From Tubulanus polymorphus (Eukaryota > Animalia > Nemertea): a stretch of 64,000 nucleotides of DNA. Numbering within the stretch: position 1 is the stretch's first letter; every line of letters starts with the position of its first letter. The position numbers and the translations under genes were made by a program. Shown here piece by piece: positions 21,111 through 32,891 of the stretch. Under the pieces are notes generated by a model. That model saw only the letters and a list, made by a program, of their open reading frames with translations. It searched no databases and had not been told where the DNA came from. The stretch lies in NCBI RefSeq assembly GCF_964204645.1, contig NC_134031.1, positions 11,968,088 through 12,032,087 of the forward strand, read 5' to 3'.

Positions 21111-24100
21111 GTATAAAGATGATATATTAGAAACTGAATTAGAAGAATTAAAGAATGAAAAAGAAACATATAAATGTGATACATGTAATCAATCATTCAG
21201 TGATAAAAGATATTATAAAGAACATTTAAAATCTATAAGTCATATTAGAAATAAGAATAATGATATTTTAGGTGAAGATTATTTTGATAATGATAACGAT
21301 AAGAAACAGAAGACAATTAAAAGAATAAAAAATAAATTAAACAATAAAAGACCATATATGGAAGATGTAAGAAATTATATTAATTCATTAGATAATAAAA
21401 AAGATATAGAGATAACCGAAGCATTTAAAAGTGATATTGGTCCAGCAGCTATCGAGTTTAAATTTCATAAAGGAAAAACAATAGAAGAAAATAAAAAACA
21501 TTTAGAAAATATGAAAGAAATAATAAAAATAATTACAGATGTTGAATATCCTAAAATTAGTATATCAGTTAAAGTAAAGTTTATAAAATCTGAAGATAAA
21601 CCAATATATAATATAAATTCTCATTCACAACATATTATATCTAAACAACATATAGATGATAAATTAAATAAATGTTATAATGAAGTAAAAACTAAAATAG
21701 AAGAGAAATATTTTGAAGGATCTGGTTTAATATTTGATGAGATAATATTTATAACTTTACATGTTTATAACACAAAATATAATAAGTTAACTAAATCAAA
21801 ACCAATTGATGAAAATAATTTATCATATTATAAAGAACCTGATATTGAAGCATCGAGTTATATCAAACTACCATTTAAAACTAATGCTGTTATAAACATA
21901 CAAAATTTTGATGATAAATGTTTACTATGGACTATAATAAGTTGTTTACATCCCGCAACTTATAATATTTGTAGATTAACTCATTATAAACAATTTGAAA
22001 ATAATTATAAGATAGATAAGTATCCTGTTAGAATTAAAAATATTCCAAAAATAGAAAGAGATAATAATATAAAGATAAATGTGTTTGATTTAATCAAATT
22101 ACCAAATACAAAAGGTAACAACATAAAACATTATACATTAGAACCTTTATACCTATCAAAAGATTATGATTCAAATGATGTTATAGATATACTATATTAT
22201 GAGAATCATTATATGTGGATTAAACAAATAGATTTATTTTTTAGAACAGAAAGTGATCACCATAATAAAATATATCTTTGTAGAAAATGTTTACATAAAT
22301 TTAGTAATGAAAGTACATTATTAAATCATAAACAACTATGTGATAATCATGATTATTGTAAATTAGTTTTACCAAATGAAAAAGATAAAATATTAGAATT
22401 CAAAAAATATGATTACAAAAATAAAGTACCATTTGTAATATATGGAGATTTTGAATCATTAAATAAAGAATTAACAGATAAAGATAGAAAAGATATATAT
22501 TATAAAAGAAAGAAATTAAATTCTAATGAAAGTGATTATTCAGATCCTATAATAACAAATACTATTAAAAAAATTCATCAAAGTGCTGCAGCTTTCGGGT
22601 TATATATTAAATCTGATTATCCAGAACTAATTGAAAGTGAATATTATAATTACAGAAATGAAAATGTTATCAATCATTTTTGTGACTTATTAATTGAATA
22701 TGAAATAAGATTTAGTAAATTATTGAATACAAATAAAGAAATAATTATGACAGAAGAAGATAAAGAAGAATTTGAGTTTGCAGATAAATGTTATTATTGT
22801 AATCAAGTATTCTATTCATCTGATAAAAAGGTAAGAGATCATGATCATTTGAATGGAAAGTTTAGAGGCGCGGCACATGAGAATTGTAATTTGCAAGCAA
22901 AGAAAATCAATTTTGTCCCCATTATATTTCATAATCTATCAGGATATGATGCACATTTATTTATCAAACAGCTATGTTATAAAATAGAAGAAATCAATAA
23001 TGAAATAGAAATATTAAATTCAAATAGATCAAAAGATAAAATACCAACTTATAAATTTAGAATGTTAGCTAAAACATCTGAGAATTATATATCATTCCAA
23101 TTTGGTTGTCTAAGATTTATAGATTCATATAGATTTTTAAATAGTTCATTAGATAACTTATCAAAATCATTAGTTGATGATGAATTAAAGATATTAAAAG
23201 AATATTACCCAAATAATGATGATTTTCAATTAATGAGATATAAAGGAGCAATTCCATATTCTTTCTATAAAAATCATAATGATTTTAACATAACTGAATT
23301 ATTAAAAGAACAATTCTATGACGAATTAAAAAATGAATATGTTAAAGATGAAGTTTATAATAGAACATTGAATATTTGGAATCATTTCAAAATAGAAAAT
23401 CATGGGCAATTAGTAGATTTATATTTAAAATCAGATGTATTATTATTAACCGATATATTTGAAAGGTTTAGAGATGTAAACCTAAAATATTTCAATATTG
23501 ATCCTTGTCATTGTTATTCATCACCAGGATTAACATGGGATTGTGGATTAAAATTTACAGATATAAAAATGGATTTGTTAACAAATATAGATCAATTACT
23601 ATTATTTGAAAAATCTATAAGAGGAAGTGTTTCAGGTGTATTGGGTGATAGATATTTCAATGTAAATGATAATCCTGGATATAAATTATTATACATAGAT
23701 GCAAATAATCTTTATGGTTGGGCAATGATGGAACCACAACCTTATGGGATGTTTGAAATAACTGAAGTTTTACAACGTGAAAATAATGATGAATTTGATT
23801 GGAAGAAAAGAATTCTAGATATTGCAGATGATTCAGATATTGGTTACTTCTTTGTTGTAGACTTGGAATATCCTGAAAATATTAAATTCAAATCTAGAAA
23901 TCTAGCTTACTGTCCCGAACATAAAACTGTTAAACATGAAGAATTATCAAATTATCAAAAAAGAATTAAACCCGATAATCATATTCATACTGAAAAGTTA
24001 ATGGTAACTCAAGAAGATAAATATAATTACGTTGTGCATAATAGAATGTTGAAGTTTTATTTGAGACAAGGAATGATATTAAAAAAAGTACATAGATATA

Positions 24101-25032
24101 TTTCATTCAGTCAATCTAAATGGTTAGAAAAATATATAGATTTTAATACTACACAGAGAACTAAAGCTAAAACTGATTTTGAAAAAGATTTCTTCAAGTT
24201 AATGAATAATGCATTCTATGGTAAGACTTGTGAAAATATTAGAAATAGAAATGATATTGAGTTAGTTAGTAATGGTAAAAGGATAAGGCATTTACAATCA
24301 TATCCTAAGTTTATAGGTAACAGAATATTTGATGAAAATTTAGCTGCAGTTAAGATGAGAAGAACTTCAATGAAATTTAATAAACCGATTTATGTTGGAG
24401 CTGCAGTTTTAGAATTATCAAAATTACTAATGTATGAATTCTATTATAATATATTACAACCTCATTTTTGGGAAAAACATATTGAAATATTATATTTTGA
24501 TACAGATTCTTACATATTAAAGATAAAAACTGATAACATAACTGATGATTTAAAAACATTAAAACATCATTTTGATTTCAGTAACTATCCTAAAAATCAT
24601 GAATTGTTTAGCAATGATAATAAAAAAGTTCCTGGGAAGTTTAAGGATGAATTAGGTGGTGAAGAAATGATAGAGTTCATAGGTATTAGATCTAAAATGT
24701 ATTCATATAAAACTAAAACTCATGAATCAAAGAAATTGAAAGGAATTACCAAAAGCGTTGTAGAAAAGAATATTCATTTTAAAGATTACATCAATTGTAT
24801 ATTTAATGAAGAAGTTAGAAAACATAAGATGAAATGTTTAAGATCTGAAGATCATGAAATGTATATTGAAGAGATAGAGAAGATAAGTCTAAACCCATTT
24901 GATGATAAAAGATATATTTTAGATGATGGAATCCACACAGTCGCCTATGGTTGCAATTTAGATGAATACATAAAATTCAAAAGAGAAGAAACAAAAGAAA
25001 ATGAGATTATGAAAAGGATTCTAGCGTGTTAA
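21001..25032 (+). CDS. Intact pPolB with N-terminal zinc fingers and EndoVII/HNH insert; intein-free allele
   Basis: 1343-aa ORF with all Exo/Pol motifs and contiguous YFDTDS (empty site 24501/24502); insert CYYC...RDHDHLNGKFRGAAHENCN. Confidence 0.95.
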   Translation: MEANKYYCPTCKINIDKSQKARHNKTKTHLENKLKLEYKDDILETELEELKNEKETYKCDTCNQSFSDKRYYKEHLKSISHIRNKNNDILGEDYFDNDNDKKQKTIKRIKNKLNNKRPYMEDVRNYINSLDNKKDIEITEAFKSDIGPAAIEFKFHKGKTIEENKKHLENMKEIIKIITDVEYPKISISVKVKFIKSEDKPIYNINSHSQHIISKQHIDDKLNKCYNEVKTKIEEKYFEGSGLIFDEIIFITLHVYNTKYNKLTKSKPIDENNLSYYKEPDIEASSYIKLPFKTNAVINIQNFDDKCLLWTIISCLHPATYNICRLTHYKQFENNYKIDKYPVRIKNIPKIERDNNIKINVFDLIKLPNTKGNNIKHYTLEPLYLSKDYDSNDVIDILYYENHYMWIKQIDLFFRTESDHHNKIYLCRKCLHKFSNESTLLNHKQLCDNHDYCKLVLPNEKDKILEFKKYDYKNKVPFVIYGDFESLNKELTDKDRKDIYYKRKKLNSNESDYSDPIITNTIKKIHQSAAAFGLYIKSDYPELIESEYYNYRNENVINHFCDLLIEYEIRFSKLLNTNKEIIMTEEDKEEFEFADKCYYCNQVFYSSDKKVRDHDHLNGKFRGAAHENCNLQAKKINFVPIIFHNLSGYDAHLFIKQLCYKIEEINNEIEILNSNRSKDKIPTYKFRMLAKTSENYISFQFGCLRFIDSYRFLNSSLDNLSKSLVDDELKILKEYYPNNDDFQLMRYKGAIPYSFYKNHNDFNITELLKEQFYDELKNEYVKDEVYNRTLNIWNHFKIENHGQLVDLYLKSDVLLLTDIFERFRDVNLKYFNIDPCHCYSSPGLTWDCGLKFTDIKMDLLTNIDQLLLFEKSIRGSVSGVLGDRYFNVNDNPGYKLLYIDANNLYGWAMMEPQPYGMFEITEVLQRENNDEFDWKKRILDIADDSDIGYFFVVDLEYPENIKFKSRNLAYCPEHKTVKHEELSNYQKRIKPDNHIHTEKLMVTQEDKYNYVVHNRMLKFYLRQGMILKKVHRYISFSQSKWLEKYIDFNTTQRTKAKTDFEKDFFKLMNNAFYGKTCENIRNRNDIELVSNGKRIRHLQSYPKFIGNRIFDENLAAVKMRRTSMKFNKPIYVGAAVLELSKLLMYEFYYNILQPHFWEKHIEILYFDTDSYILKIKTDNITDDLKTLKHHFDFSNYPKNHELFSNDNKKVPGKFKDELGGEEMIEFIGIRSKMYSYKTKTHESKKLKGITKSVVEKNIHFKDYINCIFNEEVRKHKMKCLRSEDHEMYIEEIEKISLNPFDDKRYILDDGIHTVAYGCNLDEYIKFKREETKENEIMKRILAC

Positions 25033-25060
25033 TCAATTTCAATAAAAATTTGTATAATAA

Positions 25061-25402
25061 ATGGATAGTAAACAAGTACACAGTGAATTCTTAGATAGAA
25101 TTAAAGATACTTCAAGCGTCAAATCTGTAGATTATAAATTTAAAAAACTAACTGAGTTAACAATTCACAAGAAATATTTAATTACTAACATTGAAACAAT
25201 TACTAATAAATATGGAGATAAATTAGTAATTCATTTAGAATATGAAGGATTAAAAGGAAATAAATATAAATTCAGAACTTATTTACCAGATAGATTTCAT
25301 AGATTATCAAGTGAAGATCTAGAAGAATTATGTTCTGGTGATTTCTATTTCGTATACAAAGGTAAGAATGAAAAAGGGCACCATGAAATAGATTTCGAAT
25401 AA
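25061..25402 (+). CDS. Small conserved protein (possible OB-fold/ssDNA-binding)
   Basis: Homologue of 15602..15928; directly follows PolB. The function is a guess. Confidence 0.7.
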   Translation: MDSKQVHSEFLDRIKDTSSVKSVDYKFKKLTELTIHKKYLITNIETITNKYGDKLVIHLEYEGLKGNKYKFRTYLPDRFHRLSSEDLEELCSGDFYFVYKGKNEKGHHEIDFE

Positions 25403-25419
25403 GAAAATATGTAAAATAA

Positions 25420-26175
25420 ATGGTGGAATTGAAAGAATACAGAATATTTGTTGATTCTAGAAAACTTACAAATTATAAATCTCATAATTTACTAGTTCAA
25501 TTAGATAGAGAATTTAAGAATTGTGTAGATTTAAAATTAGTTAATATAAGTTTATGTAATTCTTTTTACAATGTATCGGATAAAACTTTTGAACATAGAG
25601 GGTTTATGATTTATATGAGAAATAAAGATAAATGGTTTCATATATTTTTAAAACCAGGATTATATAATTTAGAATCATTAGCGCAGGAAATTAATAGAAG
25701 AGCTCGGTTGAAAATCGGGGGCACTTCTGTATTTGAAATTAAATTTAATAAAATTGATAGTACTAATAAAATTAGAATAAAGATATCTAATGAACAACAT
25801 AAATTTATGGTAAACAAACCACTGGCTAAAATGTTAGGAATTAAACCGCTTACAGTTACTGGAAACGCAGAAGGCAGCTCAAATATAATACCTTTTACAC
25901 ACTTTTATATTTATTGCAATTTAATCGAGCCTACAAAAACTTTCGAAGCAACTAAAGAAACAATTTGTAATTCTAGTATACTAAATATTTTACCGCTAAA
26001 AAATGTTAAACAATTTGGAACTCAAATAAATTATAATTTAACAGAATGTGATTTTAAACCATGCATTCCTAAATTTAATAATTTTAAATTAGAAATTAGA
26101 AATCAAAATGGATATTTAATTGATTTGAATAACTTTCCTGTGATATATGAATTAGTTATAAGATGTAAAGAGTAA
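25420..26175 (+). CDS. Minor capsid (penton) protein
   Basis: Homologue of 6082..6840. Confidence 0.7.
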   Translation: MVELKEYRIFVDSRKLTNYKSHNLLVQLDREFKNCVDLKLVNISLCNSFYNVSDKTFEHRGFMIYMRNKDKWFHIFLKPGLYNLESLAQEINRRARLKIGGTSVFEIKFNKIDSTNKIRIKISNEQHKFMVNKPLAKMLGIKPLTVTGNAEGSSNIIPFTHFYIYCNLIEPTKTFEATKETICNSSILNILPLKNVKQFGTQINYNLTECDFKPCIPKFNNFKLEIRNQNGYLIDLNNFPVIYELVIRCKE

Positions 26176-26191
26176 TTTTTTCACTATATAA

Positions 26192-26539
26192 ATGAATATA
26201 ACTGTTGGACCGAGTATATGTTTTGGGTTTGATTTTAAACGTGAGAAAGAAATGAAATTTAACGTTAATGATGTAATTACACATATTAAAAATATTGCAT
26301 TTTCTAATGAAACAACATTTGAGTATGAAACAACAATAGATAAAGAAACTTTTAATGTAGAAAAGATTACTGAGTCTTTAAGATTTTACGAATTAGATGA
26401 AGATTTTATCATCGATGATATTAAAAAAATAATAATTGAAATATATGATAATCATAAAACTAGTAATGAAATAAATGTTGAATTAATCATAAATAAGTTA
26501 ACTAAATATTTTGATGATAGTAATTTTTTTGATAAATAA
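26192..26539 (+). CDS. Conserved hypothetical protein
   Basis: Homologue of 6857..7213. Confidence 0.75.
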   Translation: MNITVGPSICFGFDFKREKEMKFNVNDVITHIKNIAFSNETTFEYETTIDKETFNVEKITESLRFYELDEDFIIDDIKKIIIEIYDNHKTSNEINVELIINKLTKYFDDSNFFDK

Positions 26540-26761
26540 ATGAGTGATAATAAGTGGATAATAACTGGATTATATAATGGCGCATTACTATCAGTTGGAA
26601 CGGTTGGTTATTCAATGGAATTAAAAAAAGTATTCAAAATGGGAAGTGTTAATGTTGATAGATTTGATATCAATGATATTTTAAAGTTAACATTAGCAGT
26701 TACTTTATCTAATTTAACTATTGATTATTTGGAAAAACAAAAATATATTCCTCCCATATAA
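26540..26761 (+). CDS. Small putative membrane protein
   Basis: Homologue of 7217..7438. Confidence 0.7.
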   Translation: MSDNKWIITGLYNGALLSVGTVGYSMELKKVFKMGSVNVDRFDINDILKLTLAVTLSNLTIDYLEKQKYIPPI

Positions 26762-26785
26762 ATGCATAATTTTTTTGCTAAATAA

Positions 26786-27208
26786 ATGGCTTCTGCAATT
26801 ATAACTATTATAGGATCGGCAATTGTTAACGCTTTAGCATTTACTGGTGGTGGTTATTTATTTAAACATATTGATAAAAATAGTTCATTAGGAGAACAAA
26901 GAAGACATAACTTAGCGTTAGAGAAATACAATAAAGCTGCAGAAGAATATAGAGAAAAGAGGCAAAACTATATGGATTACATCAATAAAGAATTATATGA
27001 TCAGAAGATTTCACATAGAGATTTTCAATCAGTTGATGATGCAATGAGTTTATATAACGCAGTAACAAATAAAGAAAAATTACATCTATACAAACCTAAA
27101 TTATCAGATTATTATACCCCGAGTAAAGAACAACAGAAATATGAAATAATATGGATTTTAGGTGGAACAGTTATTGTTATATTTGTTGCTTATAAATTTA
27201 CTAATTAG
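26786..27208 (+). CDS. Putative membrane protein
   Basis: Same protein as 7463..7885. Confidence 0.75.
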   Translation: MASAIITIIGSAIVNALAFTGGGYLFKHIDKNSSLGEQRRHNLALEKYNKAAEEYREKRQNYMDYINKELYDQKISHRDFQSVDDAMSLYNAVTNKEKLHLYKPKLSDYYTPSKEQQKYEIIWILGGTVIVIFVAYKFTN

Positions 27209-27227
27209 TAATTTTTTTTCTAAATAA

Positions 27228-27662
27228 ATGGAAGATAAAGTTGATAATATTGATATTATTCCTCATGATATAAATAAAACTAAATTAAAAACATATTTAG
27301 AAAAACAAATATTAGAATTTGAAAGTGACTTAAAGATAAAAAAGAAAAAATATTTAAAAAGTAAAATTATATATTATTTGATTATAAGTGGTTCGGTTAC
27401 AATTAGTTCTGTAATAACATTTCTAGCAATATTCAGTCCATTAACACCTTTAGCTATATCAATTGGTGTGTTAGGATTAAGTTCAAGTGTTTTAACTGGT
27501 ATAAGTTCAAAATTAAATATAAAAAGTAATAAAGAAAAAATTAAAACTAATATAAAAGAAATTAATAAATTAAAGAATACACTAGATTATATAATAAGTT
27601 TAAATGGTCATATAACAGTTGAAGAACAAGATAAATTATTAAAAGAATTAATAAATTATTAA
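27228..27662 (+). CDS. Two-TM membrane protein
   Basis: Homologue of 7905..8339. Confidence 0.75.
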   Translation: MEDKVDNIDIIPHDINKTKLKTYLEKQILEFESDLKIKKKKYLKSKIIYYLIISGSVTISSVITFLAIFSPLTPLAISIGVLGLSSSVLTGISSKLNIKSNKEKIKTNIKEINKLKNTLDYIISLNGHITVEEQDKLLKELINY

Positions 27663-27678
27663 TTTTTTAGTTATATAA

Positions 27679-28980
27679 ATGGGGTTTCCAAAAGCTTTCC
27701 AATATAATAAATCAATTAAATATAATATTCCGGCAATAGATTTTAAGAAAAATATTACATATAAAAATATAGTTTTAAATTCATTAACTAATTTAGAAAT
27801 TTATGTTAATGAATCACAGTTTTTTATTTCTAAAATGGAAAATATATTTAATACATATGAAGTTACTTTTACTCGAGATGAATATCATATATATAAAGTA
27901 AAATATAATATGAAATATTGGCAGAATCAATTAAATTTTGCTGTTTATTGTGCAACAACAGGATGTGGAATAAGTTGGAATGATCATTTAAATAACTTAG
28001 ATAAAAATTCAAAGTATTCTGATTTAAAATTAATTCACACAATATTTAGATTTCACACATATTTTCAAATCAGAATAATATTAAATGAATTAGAATGTCC
28101 TTTACCCGGGTCTAAATATTTTAAAGAATTAGATAATAATATTAATATATCCAAGTTTTATAAAATATGTAATGAATTTAATATAAATATTAATTCCGAT
28201 TTTAGAGCGCATGGTAAATTGCAAGGTGTTGGTGAAGAGTATGAAATAAAAAGTATTGATTATATGCATAGAATTTCAGCTTATCATAATTATAAAATTG
28301 ATAATAATAATGGTTGAGTTAATTTCATTTTAGAAAATGGTGAAGGTTTTACAAAATCAGGTATACAAAGAATAAATCAATCTATTAGAATTTATTTGAT
28401 ATGTATTTTAGGCGCTCAAGTTGAAACAAGATCCCCAATAATTGGAAATGATAACACTTCATTCGATGCGCAGAAACAGTTTAAAGTTTTATTTGAAGAT
28501 TCCATACATGATGATAAAAATAGATCGATTCCAGAAAACATTATAAGATATCAAAATTATTTAGATAAATCTCATGTAAGACTTAATTATTGTATAGGCC
28601 CTAATCTATTAATTATTTCTAATGATTTAGTATTAAAGATGGGAAACATAATTGGTTATAATAATCTAATTAAAACCGCAACAATAAATAATTCATTTGG
28701 ATTAAATGATATAAATAAAAAGATTATTACTGCTCCAAAATTAATGGAAGGTGAAAAAAATAAAAAACATATTCAATCAACTGAAACTAAAACTAATAAT
28801 ATTAAATTAAATAATGATTCTAAAATAAAAGATTATAATACATCAGAAAATATAAAAACTGATAATATTCAACATGATATAATTAAACTAAATGATGATA
28901 ATAAATCCCATGAAAATACTAAATTAGCTATAACTTGTATAGGAATTGTAATCGGAGGAATATTATATTTTAAATTTTAA
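27679..28980 (+). pseudogene. C-anchored membrane protein, in-frame TGA at 28315-28317
   Basis: Two same-frame ORFs; TGA replaces the TGG (Trp) of copy A. Confidence 0.8.
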
Positions 28981-28996
28981 TTTTTTTATTATATAA

Positions 28997-30457
28997 ATGG
29001 ATGAAGAAATTCCATTGGATGCTTTTGGTGACGCCCCTGGTATAAGTGATGAACCACAAACTGATTTTAATGAAACTAATATTGATAATGATGATGAATC
29101 AGCATATAATTCTAATTTAGCAGATAGTGGTTCTAAAGCCCCATCAACAGATGAATTTGATAGAAGAACTAGATCAAGAATAAATCCTGAAAATGAAATT
29201 CCAGGTTTAAAAAAGGAAGATTTAGAAAATATTGGATTTATATATAAGTTTCAACATGTATTTAAAGATTCTGGATATAATATAAATAATAGAGGCGCCA
29301 GACTTTTAGTACAAGATTTAAAGTTTTTAGATGGTGAATATTATTATCGTGTGAAAGAAAAATCGGATTATTATATTAATATCTCTAATAAAAATCAAGA
29401 CAAAATAGTAGCAAAATCAACTTTGCTTAAGTCTGACTCATTACTATCTAGAATTAAAAGAATAAGTAATAGTAATGAAATAAAAGATGTAACACAAGAA
29501 GAAATTATTAAAAATAGAAAAGAATTTAAACAAAGAATTAATGAATTATTTGAAACAATCAAAGATAATCAAGAAACAGAAACAACTTCTGAACAGAATA
29601 TAACTTCCAAAACTAGTAAACTTAAATCAAACACTGAAGTTCAAACTGAAAAACTTTTACCGAATGGATTACTTGATGCAACAGATCAAGAAATAGAAGC
29701 TTTAAGTATGTTTTCTAAAAAAACAATTAGAGAAATAATAAGTATACGAAATGATGCCGATAAAATTGCTCGCGAAAAACATATTAGATATAATAAAATT
29801 AAACCTTTAGAAAATAAATTATGTGACACCAGAAAAGAAATAGAACAATTAAAATTAGATAGAGAATTTAAAGTTATTGAAGAAATTGAATTTAAAAAAA
29901 GAAATGCATATTTAGAAAAAGAAATTGATGATTTAGAATAAAACATAGAATTTCAGAAAGAAAAAATGAAATTATTATTAAAATCATACGATTATTGTAT
30001 CAATAGATTAAAAGTTGTTGTTAAAGAGTTAATACTAAAACCAAATTCTGACATATCACTAAAAGATAGAATAAAATTATTATTTAAGTTTGAAGGAATA
30101 ACAGTTCTTTCAATTCTAACAGCTGTAACTATGTTATTCACAACAATAGGTTTAGCTATATCAAATTCACTGAAATCTACTCCTACTCCAAATAAACCAG
30201 ATAAACCTCCAGGTAATAATTCTATACAAGATAAAGTTAAAGATGGTTTAAAGAAATTAGCAAAATATTTATGGGAACTATCTAAAAAATCTGCTGCAGC
30301 ATTGCCAGGAGTTATTGCTTCAATTGTTGGTTTTATATTGAAATCTGCAGGAAACATTATTAACTTTGCTGCTGAACATATTATTTTATTTTTAATTACA
30401 GTTGTAAGTGCTATTATTTTTGGTTTAGTGAATATGATATCAAAAAATATCAAGTAA
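28997..30457 (+). pseudogene. Coiled-coil membrane protein, in-frame TAA at 29939-29941
   Basis: Same-frame ORFs; TAA replaces the TAT (Tyr) of copy A. Confidence 0.8.
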
Positions 30458-30529
30458 ACCATGATATCAAAAAATATCAAGTAAACCATGATATCAAAAA
30501 ATAAATAATTAATTTTTTTTGTTAAATAA

Positions 30530-31776
30530 ATGAGTGGGAGTTATATAAGTCCTTCGAAGAATCATAGAATATCTAATGCTATTAAAGCAGAAAGATCACA
30601 TCATATAATTACTCATAACCCTTCAAATATTAATCCCGATGAAACTTTATACGTTAGAATCCCGAGATTAACACAAAATACTTTTTATGTTCCAAATAGT
30701 ATTTATTTATCAGCTGATATAAAAGTAATCGGTAATAATAATAATTATGTTGTTGATAATGTTGGAAGATATTTGATTAAAAAGTTAACATGGAGATTGG
30801 TCCAGAAACAGTTTTCTCATTAGATGATTATAATTTATTTTCACATTATAAAGATTTATGGTTAACTAAAGAAAATAGAAATAATATGATATTTCAAGGA
30901 ATTCAATCAGAAAACCAAAATAAATTAAGATCAGAAGCTAATAGCGCAATATTAACTAATGATGTAGATAAATTGATAAAAAGTATATATGGAAGCAAAT
31001 ATAAAATTCCATTAGACTTTGAATTGATAAATAATAATGCACCTTTATATAAATACGCAATTCAAGAAGACGTTATATTTGAGATAACATTTGCTCCTGT
31101 AAATGAAATTGTATTATCTAGCGTTGTTAAAGATATGAGTTATAAATTATCGAATATATGTTTAGAATATGATACAGTAACTGATGAAAATATTTCAAGT
31201 ATAATTCAAACTAAATACAATCAAGGATTTTCATTATTATATGATTATATTGATAAATTTAAAACTGTAACTATTAATGCAAATGATGAAATAATTAATG
31301 AGAATATTAACTTTCCTAGAAGATCTATTAAAGGTATATTAATATTTTTTACCATTGGAACGTATACTAATGGTGCAATAAATGTTGACAATTATTATAA
31401 TCCTGAAATAACAAAAGTAGAAATAACTATCGAAGGAATAGCGAATAAAATATTTTGTCAAGGAATGAGAATGATTGATCAATGGCCAGAAATTAGAAAA
31501 CATTTTATGAATGAAAAAATAAAATCATCTGAAGATTGTAACATTAATCAAATTGATTATTATACCGGTAATAAATATGCATTATGGTTAGATTTTAGAA
31601 CAACTGAAGATAATTCATTACATGGTTCTGGAAAAAAACTACAGAACACTAAAGATGGAATACAATTATTCATGACAAAGAAAAAGGGAATCAAAAATTT
31701 TAAAATGCATATTTATATTATATCTGACGCGCAATTAAATATTGTAAATTCACAATTAGATAGTGTTATGTATTAA
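30530..31776 (+). pseudogene. Major capsid protein, -1 frameshift near 30790
   Basis: One base missing versus copy A (TTAACATGGAG vs TTAACTATAAAG). Confidence 0.7.
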
Positions 31777-31808
31777 AATTTTAACTTTAATAAAAATATA
31801 TATAATAA

Positions 31809-32702
31809 ATGGAAGGGGGTAAAGTATATGAAAGAATCAAAGCTGATAAAGAAATCAATGATGATTTGTATTATGTAATACCTTATAAAAGAATAAATGA
31901 ATATATTGGAACATTTTTATTAAATGAATTAAATCAATACAAAGAATATTTAATTGAACGTAATAATAAAAGTGGTGTTGTTAATAATAGTGTAATTGAT
32001 AATAATGTAATACCTACTACACCTGTAATACCTACTACTACATCTGTAATACCTACTACATCTGTAATACCTACTACATCTAATAATAAAATAATATTAG
32101 ATGTTAGTGAAAATAGAAATTATTGTGGTTATTGTAATGGTGAATTTTCAAACGCTCCATCAAATTGGAATAAACATATGAATACAAAGGTACATATTAC
32201 TAATGTTATAGAACGTGTTGGTTTAAGAGAATTTATAGAACACCCATTTAGATATGTTACGAAGTTTGTTTCAAATCAAAAAGTAAATGGTGAAAAAATA
32301 TATGAAGATTTATTATTAGCAACACCTAATAAAGATGAATTAGATTTAACCGATGCTAATGAAATATTAGGATCAAACACTGTAAATGAAATATTAGGAG
32401 CAAACACTAATAAAGATGATAATGAAAATGGTACCATACGCCCACATGGTGATATAATTACAGATAAACATATTGATAATAAAGATTCTATGAAACATAA
32501 AGAAGAAACTATTGATGATATAATAGAAAGGATGAATAAGTTTAAAAATGAAACAACTATTGATGATGCGGTAAAAAGGGTGAAGAATAAGTATAAAAAT
32601 AATGAAGAATTTGAAGAAGAAAATTCGGTAGAGCATTTAAATATGTTGTTAGGGTCTGATAGTGAAAGTGATTCAGAAAGTAATTATCTAACACTCGAAT
32701 AA
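31809..32702 (+). CDS. Hypothetical protein with VIPTT(S) repeats and a C2H2-type zinc finger
   Basis: CGYC...NWNKHMNTKVH; TAAATG start; no counterpart in the visible part of copy A. Confidence 0.7.
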   Translation: MEGGKVYERIKADKEINDDLYYVIPYKRINEYIGTFLLNELNQYKEYLIERNNKSGVVNNSVIDNNVIPTTPVIPTTTSVIPTTSVIPTTSNNKIILDVSENRNYCGYCNGEFSNAPSNWNKHMNTKVHITNVIERVGLREFIEHPFRYVTKFVSNQKVNGEKIYEDLLLATPNKDELDLTDANEILGSNTVNEILGANTNKDDNENGTIRPHGDIITDKHIDNKDSMKHKEETIDDIIERMNKFKNETTIDDAVKRVKNKYKNNEEFEEENSVEHLNMLLGSDSESDSESNYLTLE

Positions 32703-32756
32703 TAAAAGTTGAAAATTTTATAAAATAATAGTAAATAAAAAAAGGTTTTAATTATT

Positions 32757-32884
32757 TAAGGTATCTAATAGGGTATCAGGTATTAGGGCATCTAATGGGG
32801 TATTAGGTATTAAGGTATCTAATGGGGTATTAGGTATTAAGGTATCTAATACATAGGTATTAGGGTATCTAATACATAGGTATA
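32757..32884. repeat. GGTATCTAATGGGGTATTAGGTATTA tandem array between convergent gene blocks
   Basis: About five degenerate units visible. Confidence 0.8.
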
Positions 32885-32891
32885 CAAATAG

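Noticed and set aside
30433-30500. 27-bp tandem duplication upstream of MCP in copy B as a regulatory element
   Set aside because: Single copy in A; looks like a simple local slippage duplication.
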